Shown: piece by piece, positions 27,216 to 41,500 of the stretch | How positions within the stretch are numbered: the first letter of the stretch is position 1 | Layout of the letters: the number at the start of each line of letters is the position of its first letter | NCBI GenBank assembly: GCA_012295275.1 | Contig: CM022671.1 | Span: 30,070,001 to 30,134,000, forward strand | Direction of reading: 5' to 3' | Length of the DNA stretch: 64,000 nt | Origin: Chrysomallon squamiferum | Taxonomy: Eukaryota > Animalia > Mollusca | Program-made: the position numbers and the translations under genes | The notes under the pieces: model-generated | Databases searched by the model: none | Told to the model about the DNA's origin: nothing | The model's input: only the letters and a program-made list of their open reading frames with translations

Positions 27216-28544
27216 ATCATTACAACTACATAACTACATAATAACACTTGAAAAATAAATAAGCACTATTTTTTGCTTAGTAAGTACACACATATCAGTT
27301 TAGCGAATACGAGTAGTTTTGTTGGTGTTAAACATAAAGTTTAATCGAGTGAAAATGAACGTAACTTGAATACAGATTTTTTTTTCGCTCAGGAATGTAC
27401 CGTTGGCAAAATATACGTACAGCATGTAATTTTGTTTTTGCCTTTTGAATAATAATAAAATATAGTAGTAGTTGTAGTAGTAGTAATATAATTATAATAT
27501 TTGTTTATTTTACTACATTATATTATATTATATTATATTATATTATATTATATTATATTATATTATATTATATTATATTATATTATATTCAAATATTTGT
27601 TAATCTATCTATGTTTTTGCTTACTAATTAAAATATTTTCTATTTCAATTTGTTTCTTTAGTTAGTTAGTTAACGTACATTTAATCGAATATCTATAACT
27701 AAATTAACTTGTGTCTAGAAAATTTAATATAAATTTAATATAAATTAATATAAAAGTAAAAGGGGTTCGTATGTGTATGCTGCCATTTGATCCTAAAGGT
27801 TGTAAATACCATCATGTCACATTTTAAAACATTTTACCGAAAATTTTGGAAATATTTACCATATTATGTATCTTAGTGTTTTGACTCCACAATTTTGTAA
27901 ACATTACCATATTATGTGGTTATTGTTAATGTTGTTATTTTTTTGTTATTTTTTTTTAATGTTTTGGCCCAAATATTTTGTAAATGTCACCACATTAATT
28001 GCTTTGATCCCCAAAATTATCATCAACATATTACGTTATTATTTATATTATTATTATTATGATTATTATTATTATTATTATTGTTATAAGCCACACATTT
28101 TGTAAACATAAACATCAACATCCTACATTTATCAAACGTAGTCTACTGACCCAAATTTTCGCGAAAGCATCACCCAGTTACAATTTTTGTTCTACTTCTT
28201 TTTTTTTTTTTTTTTTTTTCTTAAACGTGAACTGACTTCTGTCAACAGACCATTTTGCGGGAGCTCGTTTTTAAAGCTAGGCTGAGACACTCGGGTGGAT
28301 CTTTCTAAATTTTACCCCGTGTTGTATACGCACCTCGGGTCTCGATAATCCACGTTCTGTTTACAGAACACAAGACGAGTTTCTTTCAAGCCAGATTGGA
28401 AACACGAAATTCAATGACAACTGAGGTACGGTGGCTTAACCGTGTCATTGGTGAGGGGCGAGAGACGACCGCGTGAATGCGGCCTCGGAAAGCGGCGGGC
28501 TAATTGGGAAGTAAACGATACACACCGGTGTATAGATGTATATG

Positions 28545-28580
<36 letters not shown>

Positions 28581-29391
28581 CACGTGTATTAGCCGACAAA
28601 ATCACTTCTGCTGTCGTGTATCGTGTAAACACTTTTTAAATGTTTTCCACGCCGCGGTAGCGAGTGAAACACCGGATTCGTGGGCACAGGCGTTGTTGTT
28701 GTCGTTGCTTAAGCGAGAAGTTTATTTGTGTCGGTCGTCTGCCGCGATGCTGTGGTGCTGGGATGGTAGCAGGTCTCGCCTGTGTGAGTTAGGTGTGAGC
28801 AGATTCTTGGAAAACGTGAGTTCAGGTCTGTCCTTGGATAGCGACGGGGTTTTTTTTGTTGTTTTTTTAAACATTTTTTAAAATCTTTTTTTTACCAAAG
28901 ACTTCGGGTGGTTTCAGGGTCTGCAAGAAATGTTAACAGCATCAAAATAATTGACATGTCTGTACTGGTGTCTGCCTGTCTGTCTGTGTGTCTGTGTGTC
29001 TGTCTGTCTCTGTGTCCGGGTTTTTGAATTTTTGTGATGAGTTAGACATTTTCGATCCTGTGCGATGACCTCGACATCATAACACACATCACTGAATTAT
29101 TTCATTACCGTCATCAGCATCAGTTTCTTCGTCATCGTCGTCGTAATCAAAATTACCTCATCATCATCATCGTCGTCGTCTTAATCAACTTCACTGCTAT
29201 CATCATCCTCATCCTGTCAGTACTTTTATATCCGTCCTTAGCTTCATCCTCGACGATTACATTAACATCAAAACCATCATCATCATCATAATCATCATCA
29301 TTTCCGCTATCGAGCAGAAGATTAAAAAGCAACCTCATCATCCTCAAACTTGCACCTACCATCATCATCATTCGACAGTCTCAACAAAACA

Positions 29392-29423
<32 letters not shown>

Positions 29424-31101
29424 AAAAATCATCATTATGTCGATTTTAATAGCCTAGCGATCTTTTTAAAGTCGTTTCGGGTTTCTCATCGCGTGACTCA
29501 GTGTACGGCCCGGCCATGTGTCAAGTCTTTAATTACACTTTTGTAATACGTTGTAGGTAATAGGTCTGTCTGTCACCTGTACACACACACAACGCCAACT
29601 TAATGGACGGTGAAAACTAAATACAGGCCGCCGGATTTACGTGGGAACAAATATATAAGAGATATATATCAAGCGATCGCGTTTCCTCTGCTTGTTTTGT
29701 TATTTAACTCTTCGTTGTGTTTGGCCATTGTGAATCGCAAGCTTCCATTTTGTGAGATTTTCCGATTTTTTTTTTTTTTTTTTTTCCTTCTTTCTTGTTT
29801 GTTTTTGTTTGTTTTGTTAGGGGAGTTTTTTTGGGGGTGTTATTTTTTTTTTTTTTTTTTTTTTAGGTTAGAGAAGCGCGTGTCTGTATGTTTTTGGGTG
29901 ACTTAGATTTGTTTTGGGTTTTATTCATGCTGTTCCAGGAGTATTAATAGACGTAGCAGAAGTGGCAGAAGTAGTAGAAGTAGTAGTAGTAATAGTAAGA
30001 GCAGTAGTTGTTGCAATAATAGCAACAGCAACAGCAAAATTACTCGTAATAGTGACGATGGTGGTGATGGTAATAATAGTAATAGCAATAACGAATAATT
30101 GTTGATGGTAGTAGTAGCAGTAGTAACGGTAGTAGTAGTTGTGGTGATATCAACAGTGGAAGTGGAACAGTAACAGAAGCAAAAAAACAAATCAAGATTT
30201 CATATTTCCTGGTTAAACAGAACACAGATACCCGGATGGAGGGACTATTTTTTTTATGTTACGTCCAGTTTGTTAAAGAGCGTGGAATGTAATACACACG
30301 ACGCACTTTAACATGGAGTGCTCAGTATGTGATCACCGTAAACACAGTGACGAATCAGTTTCTTAATTTGTCAATGATAAACTCCTGCGCGAAAAACAAC
30401 ACCGTCTTCAAGTTACGCTTTACTTACTTGATTAAACTTTATGTCTAACACCAATAAAACTACTCGTATCTGGCAACTTGATACGTGCGTAATTACTAAG
30501 CACAAAAAAAAAAAAAAAAAAAATTATACGGTTTGAAATGTTTTTTCTTTGTAGTATTGTTCAGTATTTACATAACAGTTGTTTTGTTGAGCATTGCAAA
30601 TATTTGCTGAACTAAAGGCACGTTTTTATTTTCTTTTTATTATTTTATTAATTTATTATTATTATTTTTTAATTATTATTTCAATTATTTCTTCTCTTCT
30701 TTCTTTTATTTTCGATTTCGTTTTTTATTTTTTTTTTTTTTTTTTTTTTTTTCTGTCGTTATCCTTGTTTGTTTTGGGGTTCCAATTACATTTTTATCAT
30801 AACTGATATTGCATCATCAACATTGTTGTAACTGTTGTTGTAGTTGTTCTTCTTTTTTATTATTTATTTATTTATTTATTTAGTTAGTTAGTTATTTTAC
30901 AGATCCAAAATACATTGCTCATAAAAGCTATACAAATATTACATTATTAGATTCATTAAGAAATATAAATATTATTTAAAACGTATGTAAAACGTATTAA
31001 TTCAAAAAAGGTTAACTATAAAGAACAAGGATGGAATAAACGCTTTTTCTGATGTGCATAATTTACTACAGACAAAACATAATGAAAATAACACAACCCT
31101 A

Positions 31102-31137
<36 letters not shown>

Positions 31138-33559
31138 TGTATGTATGTATATATATATGTATTTCATATAATACATCATATAATATATAAAAATAAACTG
31201 CTACTACTATAAAAGAACAATTCAGAAAATGTTAATGATGAACTACAAACCAAGAACGTGAGCACTTGTTTCAAAACATTTTCCGTTTTGCATGTCTGTA
31301 TTAAATTAAGAAAACGAACTAAATATATCATTTTTCATTCTAGTTCATTGTGCGGTGTAATTTGATATGCGAATAAATACAGATTGGATGTATAATTGGA
31401 TTGTTTATAACATCACATTTGAAAATAAAAGACTCCGCTAGTCCTTGAAAACTCAATCCGAAACCAGTGTTTGGATTAGGTGATGCAATTTGTTATATAA
31501 CAGTGAAATTTATCCCGTGTAGACTTACATATATATATATATGTATATGTATATAGCCGCTGTGAAATGTTTCTCCGTTCTTTAAATTAACTGTAATAAT
31601 AGGAGTGATAGTAACTGAAGTATTAAAAATAGTAGTAATGATAGCAATAGTAGTAGTAGCAGCAGTAGCAGTTGTTGTTGTTGTAGTAGTGATAGCTGTA
31701 ATACAAGTAGTAATGATGGCAATAGCGGTAGCAATAATAACGGTAGCTGTAGTAGTAGCAGCAGCAGTAGTAGCAGTAGTTATAATAGTAATAGTTGTTG
31801 TAGTAGTGATAGTAGAAATAGCAATAGTACTAATTGTAATAGCGGTAGCAATAGTAATAGTAGTAGTAGTAAGAATAGTAGTAGTAATGGTGGTAATATT
31901 AGTAATAGTAGTAGTAGCTGTATTATTAATAGTAATGTAATTGTAATAGTGACAGTAGTAATAGTAGTAGTAGTAGAAGAAGTAGTGGTGGTAAAGTAGT
32001 AATAGTAGTGGGAGTAGTAGTAGTAGTAGTAGTGGAAGTAGTAGTAGTATACAGTATTTAGAACACTGTGTACAATTACACTGAGCTCTTTGTTTTGTTT
32101 CTTTTTGCTTGCATGGATGCATGAATACGTAAAACAGGGCATTTTTTTCTTCTAAATTTATTTGCCTTTTTTTCTTTATTTTGCTAGTCGTTCATTTCAA
32201 ACAGTCTCAAACACCCGAACGTGCTTTCCTAACAACATAAATAAATAATAAAACAAATAAATAAATAAAATAAATAAATACTGTTTAACATAACCTAAAT
32301 AAAAGTCAAATCATCAAAGCACATTCCAACACTAAACTCTATCTAACGCAGGCATTTGTAGACGAAATACATAATTTATAAACAACGAATATTAAAAACC
32401 TTCAGGTCTGTTTCCCCTTCTTCTTCGTCTTCTTCATCTTCGTCTTCGTCTTCTTCTTCATTTTTATTTTATTATTTTATTTTAGTAGAATGTTTTTCTT
32501 TCTTCATTCGATCGGCTCGTTTTAATGCGCCGCTTTTATGTTGACGTCTGTATTTTTTATCATCTATTTTTAAAATAAAATTCTTCGTCTGAGATATTTT
32601 GTTTGTTGATGCGTGTGTGTCATAAACTCGTTTTATGACTGCTGACACGCCTGACTGCACAAAGAGATATTATTGGATTAATGCTGATTTCGTTTAAACG
32701 CGCCACGCCGCTGCTGGTTCTAGTCGCTTTGAGTCTCACAGAAAATAGCGTGACTGCTTCAGCTGGTTTCATTTACTCCAGGTCTTTCTTTCGTCTACAT
32801 TTTCATTCTGTCTCGTGCGCGGATTCGTGAAAAAAAAAAAGAGGGGGGTACGTTGGACACCACCGAGTCCCCACCCCCACCCCCTGCCATCTATTTTGTG
32901 TCATTAAAAAATAATAAAAAAAAAAAAAAAAAAAATAAACGGTGAAATATTATGATTTTTTTTTTTTTTTTTTTTTTTGCCCCCTGTCACAGTTATACTT
33001 ATTTGATAACGTATGTTGTTTCCTTTTCGACGTATCGTTCCTTGTATCTTGCAATATAAAGCATATTTCACTCCTACGAGTAAAATAGGCAGAATGAGAG
33101 GGTTGAGCAGAGCATATTTTATTACCACGGGTTCTAGAAATCAGAAAAAAAAAAAAAAAAAAAAAATAACAATTACCGTAGTATTCAGATTTATATATAC
33201 AAAAAATACGTTATCACATTTTCAAATATCCCTGCTCCCTATTTTTCTGTAATTCACACAAATCTCATCCCCCTCCTGCGACTGTTTGTGAATCTGTCCT
33301 TAACAAAAAAAAAAAAAAAAATAGAATGCATGTTGCGTTAATTTTTTTTATATTTTATTTACAGAGGTGACTGACTATCCGAAGATGTTTTGCATGATAA
33401 AATAATGTTTTTAACATGATAAAGAAAGCATGGGACATAGGATAGTGTTAGATATGACGATATGACATGGTATAACATATGAAGTGATAAGACATGCGAT
33501 CGCTATGGATTAGGTGTAAATCTTATCTGTTGAGTTTTGTACAGGTCATGAAGTAGTTT

Positions 33560-34140
33560 GTGAGTACAATAAATTGCAGTACAGAAAGTACGGTGGAGTA
33601 CCGAAAGTTTAAGTATGGCATACTGGAGTTCAGGAATAACCACAGTTATAGGACGGTGGAGTGTAGAAATTACAGTATAGGACGGTGAAGTACTGAAAGT
33701 ACAGTATAATACAGTGGAGCACATAAAAATACCCCAATAGAATAAGGTTGATTAGAGATAATACAGTATAGTATAGTGGAATACAGAGAGTACACTACAG
33801 TATAGTCAGGTACAGAAAGTGCAGTATAGTATAATGGAGTATAGAAAATACAGTATAGTATAGTCATGTACAGAAAGTGCAGTATAGTATAATGGAGTAT
33901 AAAGTGCAGTATAGTATAGTGGAATATAGAAAATACAGTATAGTATAGTCAGGTACAGAAAGTACAGTATAGTATAGTGCGGTAGCGAAAAGTACAGAAT
34001 ATAAACAACAGTATAATACAGTAGAATGCAGAAACAACAGTATAATATAATGGAATACAGAAAGTAGAGTATAATACAGTTGAGTACACAGAACATTGTA
34101 TAACAGCGTAGTACAGTACGTTTAGGATAGTACGGAACAA
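33560..34140. repeat. Degenerate minisatellite built on AGTAT/TACAG pentamers with ~29/58-bp higher-order units
   Basis: For example, tacagaaagtgcagtatagtataatggagtata occurs at ~33811 and ~33869. Confidence 0.8.
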
Positions 34141-34317
34141 TAAAATGAAATTTAGTTTAGTCCTCTACAGAAGGCATTGTATATTAGAGGCGGATACAGA
34201 AGGTACAATATGATACAAGGACATGTTATGGAATTAAGCGGTATGTTATAGAATGGTACAGTTATACACAATGCTGTTTGCTACATCTAAATTATATACA
34301 GTAAATACAGGGTGTGG

Positions 34318-34366
<49 letters not shown>

Positions 34367-34607
34367 CAGCAATTAGTTTGTTTCATTGTTCTAGGATATT
34401 CATTCAACAGTGGAATCACAAAACTAGCACAGTAAGGTACCGTGCAAAACTGTACGGTAAAATAACACACAAATCAGAATTAACACAACGTATCAGCCAT
34501 TTTCTAAACTCATTCTAAATACATTCTAAAAAACAAAAATGGCGTCTTTAGAATCTTTCTTGTAAGATGAGTGACAAATAAAAGCCCGTATGCACCTAAA
34601 GAATAAA

Positions 34608-34640
<33 letters not shown>

Positions 34641-35304
34641 ATAAAAAAAAAAAAGAAGACAAATCAGTAATTCACATGAAATTATAAGTACCTGTATTAT
34701 AGAGCGTAAATTTCAAAGTTTTTGTCATGATATATGATTAAGAATTCCGCTTGACAGAATCTTGTCATATTTGATGAATGCACACGATTTGTGAAATCTG
34801 CGACAGCCCATAATTTTCCAGCGTGCCCGCGGGTACGATAAGATCGACAAAATATGGACTGTACATTTTGTTTGTACAGCAGAAAATCGCAGCCCCTGGC
34901 TTACAAGAAATCCGGTGGAGCCCAGTGGGTGGCCATGCAATGTTTTGAAGAATTCACGTTTTAAAATAAAGAAAAAAAAAAAAAAAAATGAAGAAGAAGA
35001 AGGGGGGAAAAAATACTGAAAAGAAATAATATGTAATTTAAGCTAAGTAAGTCAGACGTTGTATTATGTACACTTATCTTTGTTGTTTGTTTTCCATGTT
35101 TTATTCAAAGTTGTTGTTAGAACGCTCGCCTGGATCATGGAGGTATAATCCCGTTCCAGACAAAGCCCCCATGATATTTACTTTCCTGATGACGGGAGTG
35201 TAACACATGAAAGATTCAATTTTGTTAGTTGTAATGGAAGGGAATCCACTTCTTTCACGTATTCTGTCTGTATCTCTCTTTTTTTTTTTTTTCTTTTGTT
35301 TTTT

Positions 35305-35383
<79 letters not shown>

Positions 35384-36029
35384 GTCATTTATAAAAACAA
35401 AGTTAGAAACAGATAACTGGAGAGTAAGAGAGAAAGAGATAGCTAGCGAGAAAAAAGGTAGAGAGGTTGGACAGAGGGAAAGAAAGAGAGAATTGGATTG
35501 ACAGAGAGATAGAGAGATAAAGAAAGAGAAAGGATGGCCAGAGGATAGAAAGAAAAATAGAAGAGAGAGACAGAGACACAGAGAAAGAAACAGAGAGAGA
35601 GACATAGAAAGAGAGGCATAGAGAGAGAGAGAAAAAATTCATTTTGGGTCTAGTTTTAATTAGTAGAGATAATCGCTGTCTCTTCTCAACTCAGAACTGA
35701 CAATTCAAAACTAATCTCACATCACTAATCTCCCAACATCTCCCGAAATTACTTAGATCACGAAAGAGCTGGTGTTGTTTTGTCACTGGATATGAAAAGT
35801 TTTTAAGATTTCGTTTTGACCAAGGGCTACGTTCGGGCTGGTATCTCTAACACCAAGGTGACATTGCTTTATTGACATCTAATCAGCGGAGAGACGTTTC
35901 TGGGGGCGCTGGGAGTCCTGTCGTTATCGACGTCAGGACAGACGTTGGTAAATAGTGTTCCACGACAGTGAGAAAATTTTCCCACCATAAAGACATTCTT
36001 CCGTCGAATCGCGAGCAAGTCACAGAAGC

Positions 36030-37170
36030 AATAAACGCGTGAAGCAGATGAAACGAAAACAAGCGTGAGGCAAAATTATGAAACAGCTCAAAAGTGAAAC
36101 AAGCGTGAATTAAGGTTATGAAATAGATGGAATGTGAAACATTCGTGAATTAAAGTCATGAATTAGCTCAAATGTGAAGTAATCGTGCAGTATAGTTTTG
36201 ATATAACTGAAATCTGAAATAAAAAAGTGTTCACTAAAATTATGAGATACCTGATACGTAAAATAAACGTAAATTAAAATTATGAAATATCTTAAATGAA
36301 AATAATTGTTCGTTTAATTTTTTTTAAACCGATGAAATAAAAATAATGGTGCATTAAATTTATGAAATAGCTTAAAATTAATGTGAAGTAATCGTGCATT
36401 GCGTTATAAAACAGATGGAACGAAAATAATTGTACATTAAAGTTACGAAATAGTTTTAAACGTAAAATAACCGTGAACTAAAGTTATGAAACAGCTTAAA
36501 TGTAAAATAATCGTACATTAAAGTATGAAACGAATGAAATGAAAATAATGGTGCATTAAATTATAAAACAGACAGAATGAAAATAATTGTATCTTTTAGA
36601 GTTGAAATCTGAGTTTTTGTCAGGATTTATTATTAAGAATTCCACTGCAGTTCGATTAAGATTGTGAAATAGCTAACATTAAAATAATTGTACACCAATG
36701 TTAGGAAATAATTTAAATGTGAAATAATTGTTCAGTCAAAATTATGAAATAACTGAAATGTAAATAATCTTTCAGTAAAATTAAGAAATATCTGATTTAT
36801 AAAATAAACGTACATTAATATTATAGAAGTAGTTATGATGTAGCTGAAATGTAAAATGGCCATACATTAAAATCATGAAATAACTGAAATTAAATTAATC
36901 GTACATTAAAATCATAAAATAATAAGAAATATAAAATAATTATGCATTACGTTTAAGATAGCTGAAATGAACACAAACACGACTAAAGTCATGAAATAGC
37001 TGAACTGTAAAATAACTCCACGCTGCAAGTCAAAATTATGAAGTCATCAAAATTATAACAGAAACTGAAATGAAAATAATCGTGAAGTTTAAGTTACAAA
37101 ACACTTGAAAATGAAATAATTATACATGAACTTAAAGTTATGAAATAGTTACGATGAAAATATCCGTGCG
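36030..37170. repeat. Degenerate 40-bp tandem satellite, roughly 28 copies
   Basis: Approximate consensus TTAAAGTTATGAAATAGCTGAAATGTGAAATAATCGTGCA; period 40 is visible at 36076/36116/36156/36196. Confidence 0.85.
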
Positions 37171-37509
37171 TGGTAATTATATTGTGAAAATTATATTGTG
37201 ATAATTATATTTGTCATTAATCTACATTAAGATGAAGTTAGAAATGTTTCATGAATTGAGACAGACATCAGTTTTAAATTATCAAGCCTTTGTAATGAAA
37301 TAGCCGTAGGTTAAGGTTACGTTATCAAATAATTATGATGAAATCATCATGAACGTATTAATTAATTAATTATTTAAAATAGCATTAAATGTAAATGTAA
37401 AAAAAAAAAAAAAATGGATATTAATATTGTTATCAAAATCATCGTCATCACTGTTATCATCATCACCATTATTTTAAATAATTATTATTATCATCATCAT
37501 TATTATCAC

Positions 37510-37779
37510 CTTTATGATTATTTATTAATGTTGTTGTTGTTGTTATTATAATAATAATAATGATATATTATTACTGTTATTATTATTATTACTATTATTA
37601 TTATTATCATCATCATCTTTATGATTATTTATTAATGTTGTTGTTGTTGTTATAATAATAATAATAATGATATATTATTACTGTTATTATTATTATTACT
37701 ATTATTATTATTATTATCATCATCTTTATGATTATTTATTAATGTTGTTGTTGTTGTTATAATAATAATAATAATGATA

Positions 37780-37790
<11 letters not shown>
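37510..37790. repeat. ~108-bp tandem triplication of a compound microsatellite
   Basis: ctttatgattatttattaatgttgttgttg...ataataataatgatatattatta occurs three times. Confidence 0.85.
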
Positions 37791-37836
<46 letters not shown>

Positions 37837-38913
37837 GATTATCATCAATATCATCATACCTATCAAATATCTGGCACTGTACACAATTTACCTCCACAAA
37901 TTTATGTGTATATATCACTCATTATTTACTATTCCTGACAGCAAATCAACTGTACGAAATTTCTAAATTCTATTACATGTTCAGCCCTGGATGTATATTT
38001 ACTCTCTGGTTAGTGTTCGTTTCATCAATGGTCGTAAATTACTGATATCAATTAATATAATCGATTAGACGGCTTTGATCAGTCAAGGATCCGGTCCTAA
38101 ACGCGGACCGTGCTTTTATTTTATGACGTCTAAAACGCGGACGCCGCTTTTATTTTACGAGTGCTGTCTGAGTCGGCTGATATCAGTCTCTGACGTTAAT
38201 CGATGGTAACGTCTGGGTACGTCAAGTCGTAGATGTCTGGTTTAAACACGGGTAAGATGAACAAGAACCAATTAATGATAAAGGCTTGGAGGTACAAAGA
38301 TCGCGTCTGGAAATCGGCTTTCGTTATACAGACTGATTTAAATTTAAAAATGGAACCAAAGCAATGAACAGAAAGCGAAATAGTGGTAATGAAGCCAGGA
38401 AGACGTGCTTGCTCCGAAATGTTAAATTAAATGAATCTGAAAAATCATCTCGGTAAATACTACACAATGTTCGTGTAGTCATCGGCTTCTTACTTTTTAG
38501 AGATGGAAATCCTCGACCGCACAGAGTTAAAAATTCACGTCTTTCTAAAGTAAAAGGAATAATAATAATAATTATTATATCACGGTTGTGGTTCAGTAGG
38601 GTAAAACTGTACTTTATTATTTAATTTCTTGAATGAAAAAAAAAAAAAAAAATAATAATAATAATTTAAGTATTTGTGAAATGTGCTTACTGTTCTATAA
38701 ATAAAAACCTAATTCCCGTTCCAAATATTGTTCTAAAACCGGCATGAGTTTTTTTTGTTGTTTGTTTTGTTTTTTATCTGTGGGAAGAATCATATACACT
38801 ATTTCTTCTATCTGATATCTATTAATGTATCCTAAAGGCAATATGTGTACGGTAGTGTGCGTAAATATGTTCAAATATGTTTACATCTATATCTATCTAT
38901 CTATCTATCTATC

Positions 38914-38947
<34 letters not shown>

Positions 38948-39246
38948 AACACATACACACACACATGCATATACAAATGAGTGTGAGTTTGTGTATGTAT
39001 GTGCATCAACATACAATTACAGTGCTTAAACATACTATGTTTAAGAATAAAGCAAACCGGCTTCAAAACAACATTGTGCTCCAGATATTTTACGCCGAAT
39101 ATTTTACACCTAACGTAAAGATGGCGTCGGCTATATCATTAAAAACAAATATTTATTCATTCATTTACTCATTATGTAAATAAGAAGAAAAAAAAGAAAA
39201 TAACCTCTGACCTTAATTAACATTTAATTTCTTCGCTCACTTTCAG

Positions 39247-39518
39247 GAAGCAAAGAGGCGGCCTTCATGTACGCTATAAGTTCTGCTGGCGTTACGTACG
39301 CCATCACGCAGTCGTGCAGTCTGGGAAATCTAACAAACTGCAGTTGTGATAAAGACAAAATGGACGGTAAGCTCGCCCCGGAAGGCTGGAAGTGGGGCGG
39401 ATGCAGCGCAGATATTAAGTATGGGTTAAAGTTAGCGAGGAAGTTCATGGACGCCAGGGAAATAGCAGAGAGCGCCAGGTCGCTGATGAATCTTCACAAC
39501 AACAGAGCGGGAAGAAAG
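39247..39518 (+). CDS. Wnt7: Wnt7 coding exon 3 (GSKEAAFMYAISSAGVTYAITQSCSLGNLTNCSCD...EGWKWGGCSADIKYG...FMDARE...LMNLHNNRAGRK)
   Basis: Acceptor tttcag|GA (phase 1) and donor AAG|gttag (phase 0). Carries the Wnt motifs WKWGGCS and MNLHNNxAGR; 272 nt. Confidence 0.97.
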
Positions 39519-39745
39519 GTTAGTTTCGTATTTGAGTCACGTGAGACTGTGTGTGTGTGTGTGTTGTTTTAGTTTAGTTTCGTATCAAGTCACGTGATAG
39601 TTTGAAACTGACTGTGTGTTGTTTAGTTTCGTATTTGAGTCACGTGAGACTGAGTGTGTGTGTGTGTGTGTGTTGTTTTAGTTTAGTTTCGTTTCAAATC
39701 ACGTGATAGTTTGAAACTGAATGTGTGTTGTTTAGTTTTGTATTT
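39519..39745 (+). repeat. ~105-110-bp tandem duplication starting at the intron 3 donor, containing four CACGTG E-boxes
   Basis: The unit ttagtttcgtatttgagtcacgtgagactg(tg)n...agtttagtttcgtatcaagtcacgtgatagtttgaaactgactgtgtgttgt occurs twice. Confidence 0.9.
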
Positions 39746-40804
39746 ATTTATTTTTTTATTTATCAATAATTTATTATTATTATTATTATTTTTTTTTTTT
39801 TTTTATTTTAGTTTAGTTTAGTTTAGTTTAGTTATTCAATTATTTTCATTTGAAATATCTGAGAAGGCTTGTTTTAATTTTATTAAATAGGCAAAACGAA
39901 GTACGTTTCAAAAAAGAAATAGTTATCAAACTGCTGGGTGATACATTTCTATATTTTTTCTGATTACTCGTTGATAAACATCTAACTTTAAAAATATTAA
40001 AATATTTAAACAAACATAGATTAGATAGATAAAAAAATAAACAGACAGACAGACAGATAGCTACAAGATAAATAAGTAAAATAAAATGATATCAATAAAT
40101 AAATTAAAAAATAATAACAAATAATAAATAAATAAATAAATAAATAAATAAACAAACAAACAAACAAACAAACAAACAAACAAACAAACAGGCAGACCAG
40201 TGGTTACAAAATAACATCTCAATGCACTAGAACTCTGCAAGAAATTCGACAAATTCGGATGTCGCAGGAATTTTATTTTTGCTTCAGAAAAAAAAAAATA
40301 TAAATATATATACCAACAAATCCTTATTCTTTCTTTTTTACCCCATTATTCCAGCTACGCAAACATTTCTTTAGACATACAAGGTAAGGTTACAGAGCCG
40401 TTTCCATTCGAGTTTATTACCCGTATTGTGTTTGAAAACATCGCTAGCTGGGGCAGGCCGATTCGTCGCTTTTCATTCGAACAGAATGAAACGATATGTT
40501 AAAGTTTATTGCTTACAAATTTGATTTAGACCCCGTAAAACGTGATTCTTACATGAAATCTCTCACGCGATGACAATGAAATGTGAAAACTGTAAGGTGA
40601 GCTGTTTTATATATGTCAATCAAGTAGCTGGATGTAAGTGTCAAACACGACATGGAAGAAGAAGAAGAAGAAGAAGAAGAAGAAGAAGAAGACATGGTTA
40701 AGATATGATTAATATAAACTTGGATGTCACTTTGTACTTACGTCAGTGTTATCACAGTATTTTATGTTAATATTAACTTAGTTATTACAAAATTTCCAAG
40801 GATT

Positions 40805-41500
40805 TCTGTTTACTTAATATATGTATGCATCCAGAACTTACCTTTTTATCTAAAAACGTAACCTTAGCGAGAACATTAAAACTACTTTCCCGTACAAGCG
40901 ATAATATTTCACTAGGAACAGCGCTATCGAAAACTGATTATTTAAACGTCATATATTTATGACGTCATACAGTGGCATTGTTATTTCGATTAGAACTCTG
41001 CATATATGGGTACTACAGAGGTGCATTTGTTTATGTCTGTGTATGAATGTGTTACGTATTTAGGTAGGTAGTTATGGATACTTGTTTTTAATGTATGAAT
41101 GTCACTCTGTTGGTAGATTCGTATAAAATTATATAGTAACGACTTTTTCTTGTTTCGTTGATTGGGTTTTATTTATTACATTTTATTTTATTTTATTTTA
41201 TTTTATTTTATTTTATTCATTTTATTTTGTTTTATTTTATTTCCCTCGCCCACCTATCCCCGACGATTTGTACTTTATTTTCAAAACAATAATACCAGAC
41301 AATAGCAGATGACGTCATAAACATATGACGTTGTATTTAACTCTTGTCTGTAGCGCTGTTACTATTAACATATTATTGCTTTTTCTCATTGGTTTTTGGA
41401 AAATTATTTTTTATTTTCTGTCTAAAATTACGCTCTTATAATCTGTATGTAGCTAAAAGGTAAGAATTAATACCTTACATGTCTTAAAACTTAAACAGAG
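40805..41500. mobile_element. Old degenerate fold-back/MITE-like element (arms ~40805-40985 and ~41290-41500)
   Basis: aacagcgcta...aacgtcatatatttatgacgtcat pairs with atgacgtcataaacatatgacgtt...tagcgctgtt, and cttacctttt pairs with aaaaggtaag. Roughly 70% identity by eye. Confidence 0.6.

Noticed and set aside
31493-32142. Thr-rich mucin-like and Val/Ile-rich membrane-like ORFs (also 47276-47691)
   Set aside because: Degenerate (GTA/ACT)n microsatellite open on both strands, inside Wnt7 introns.
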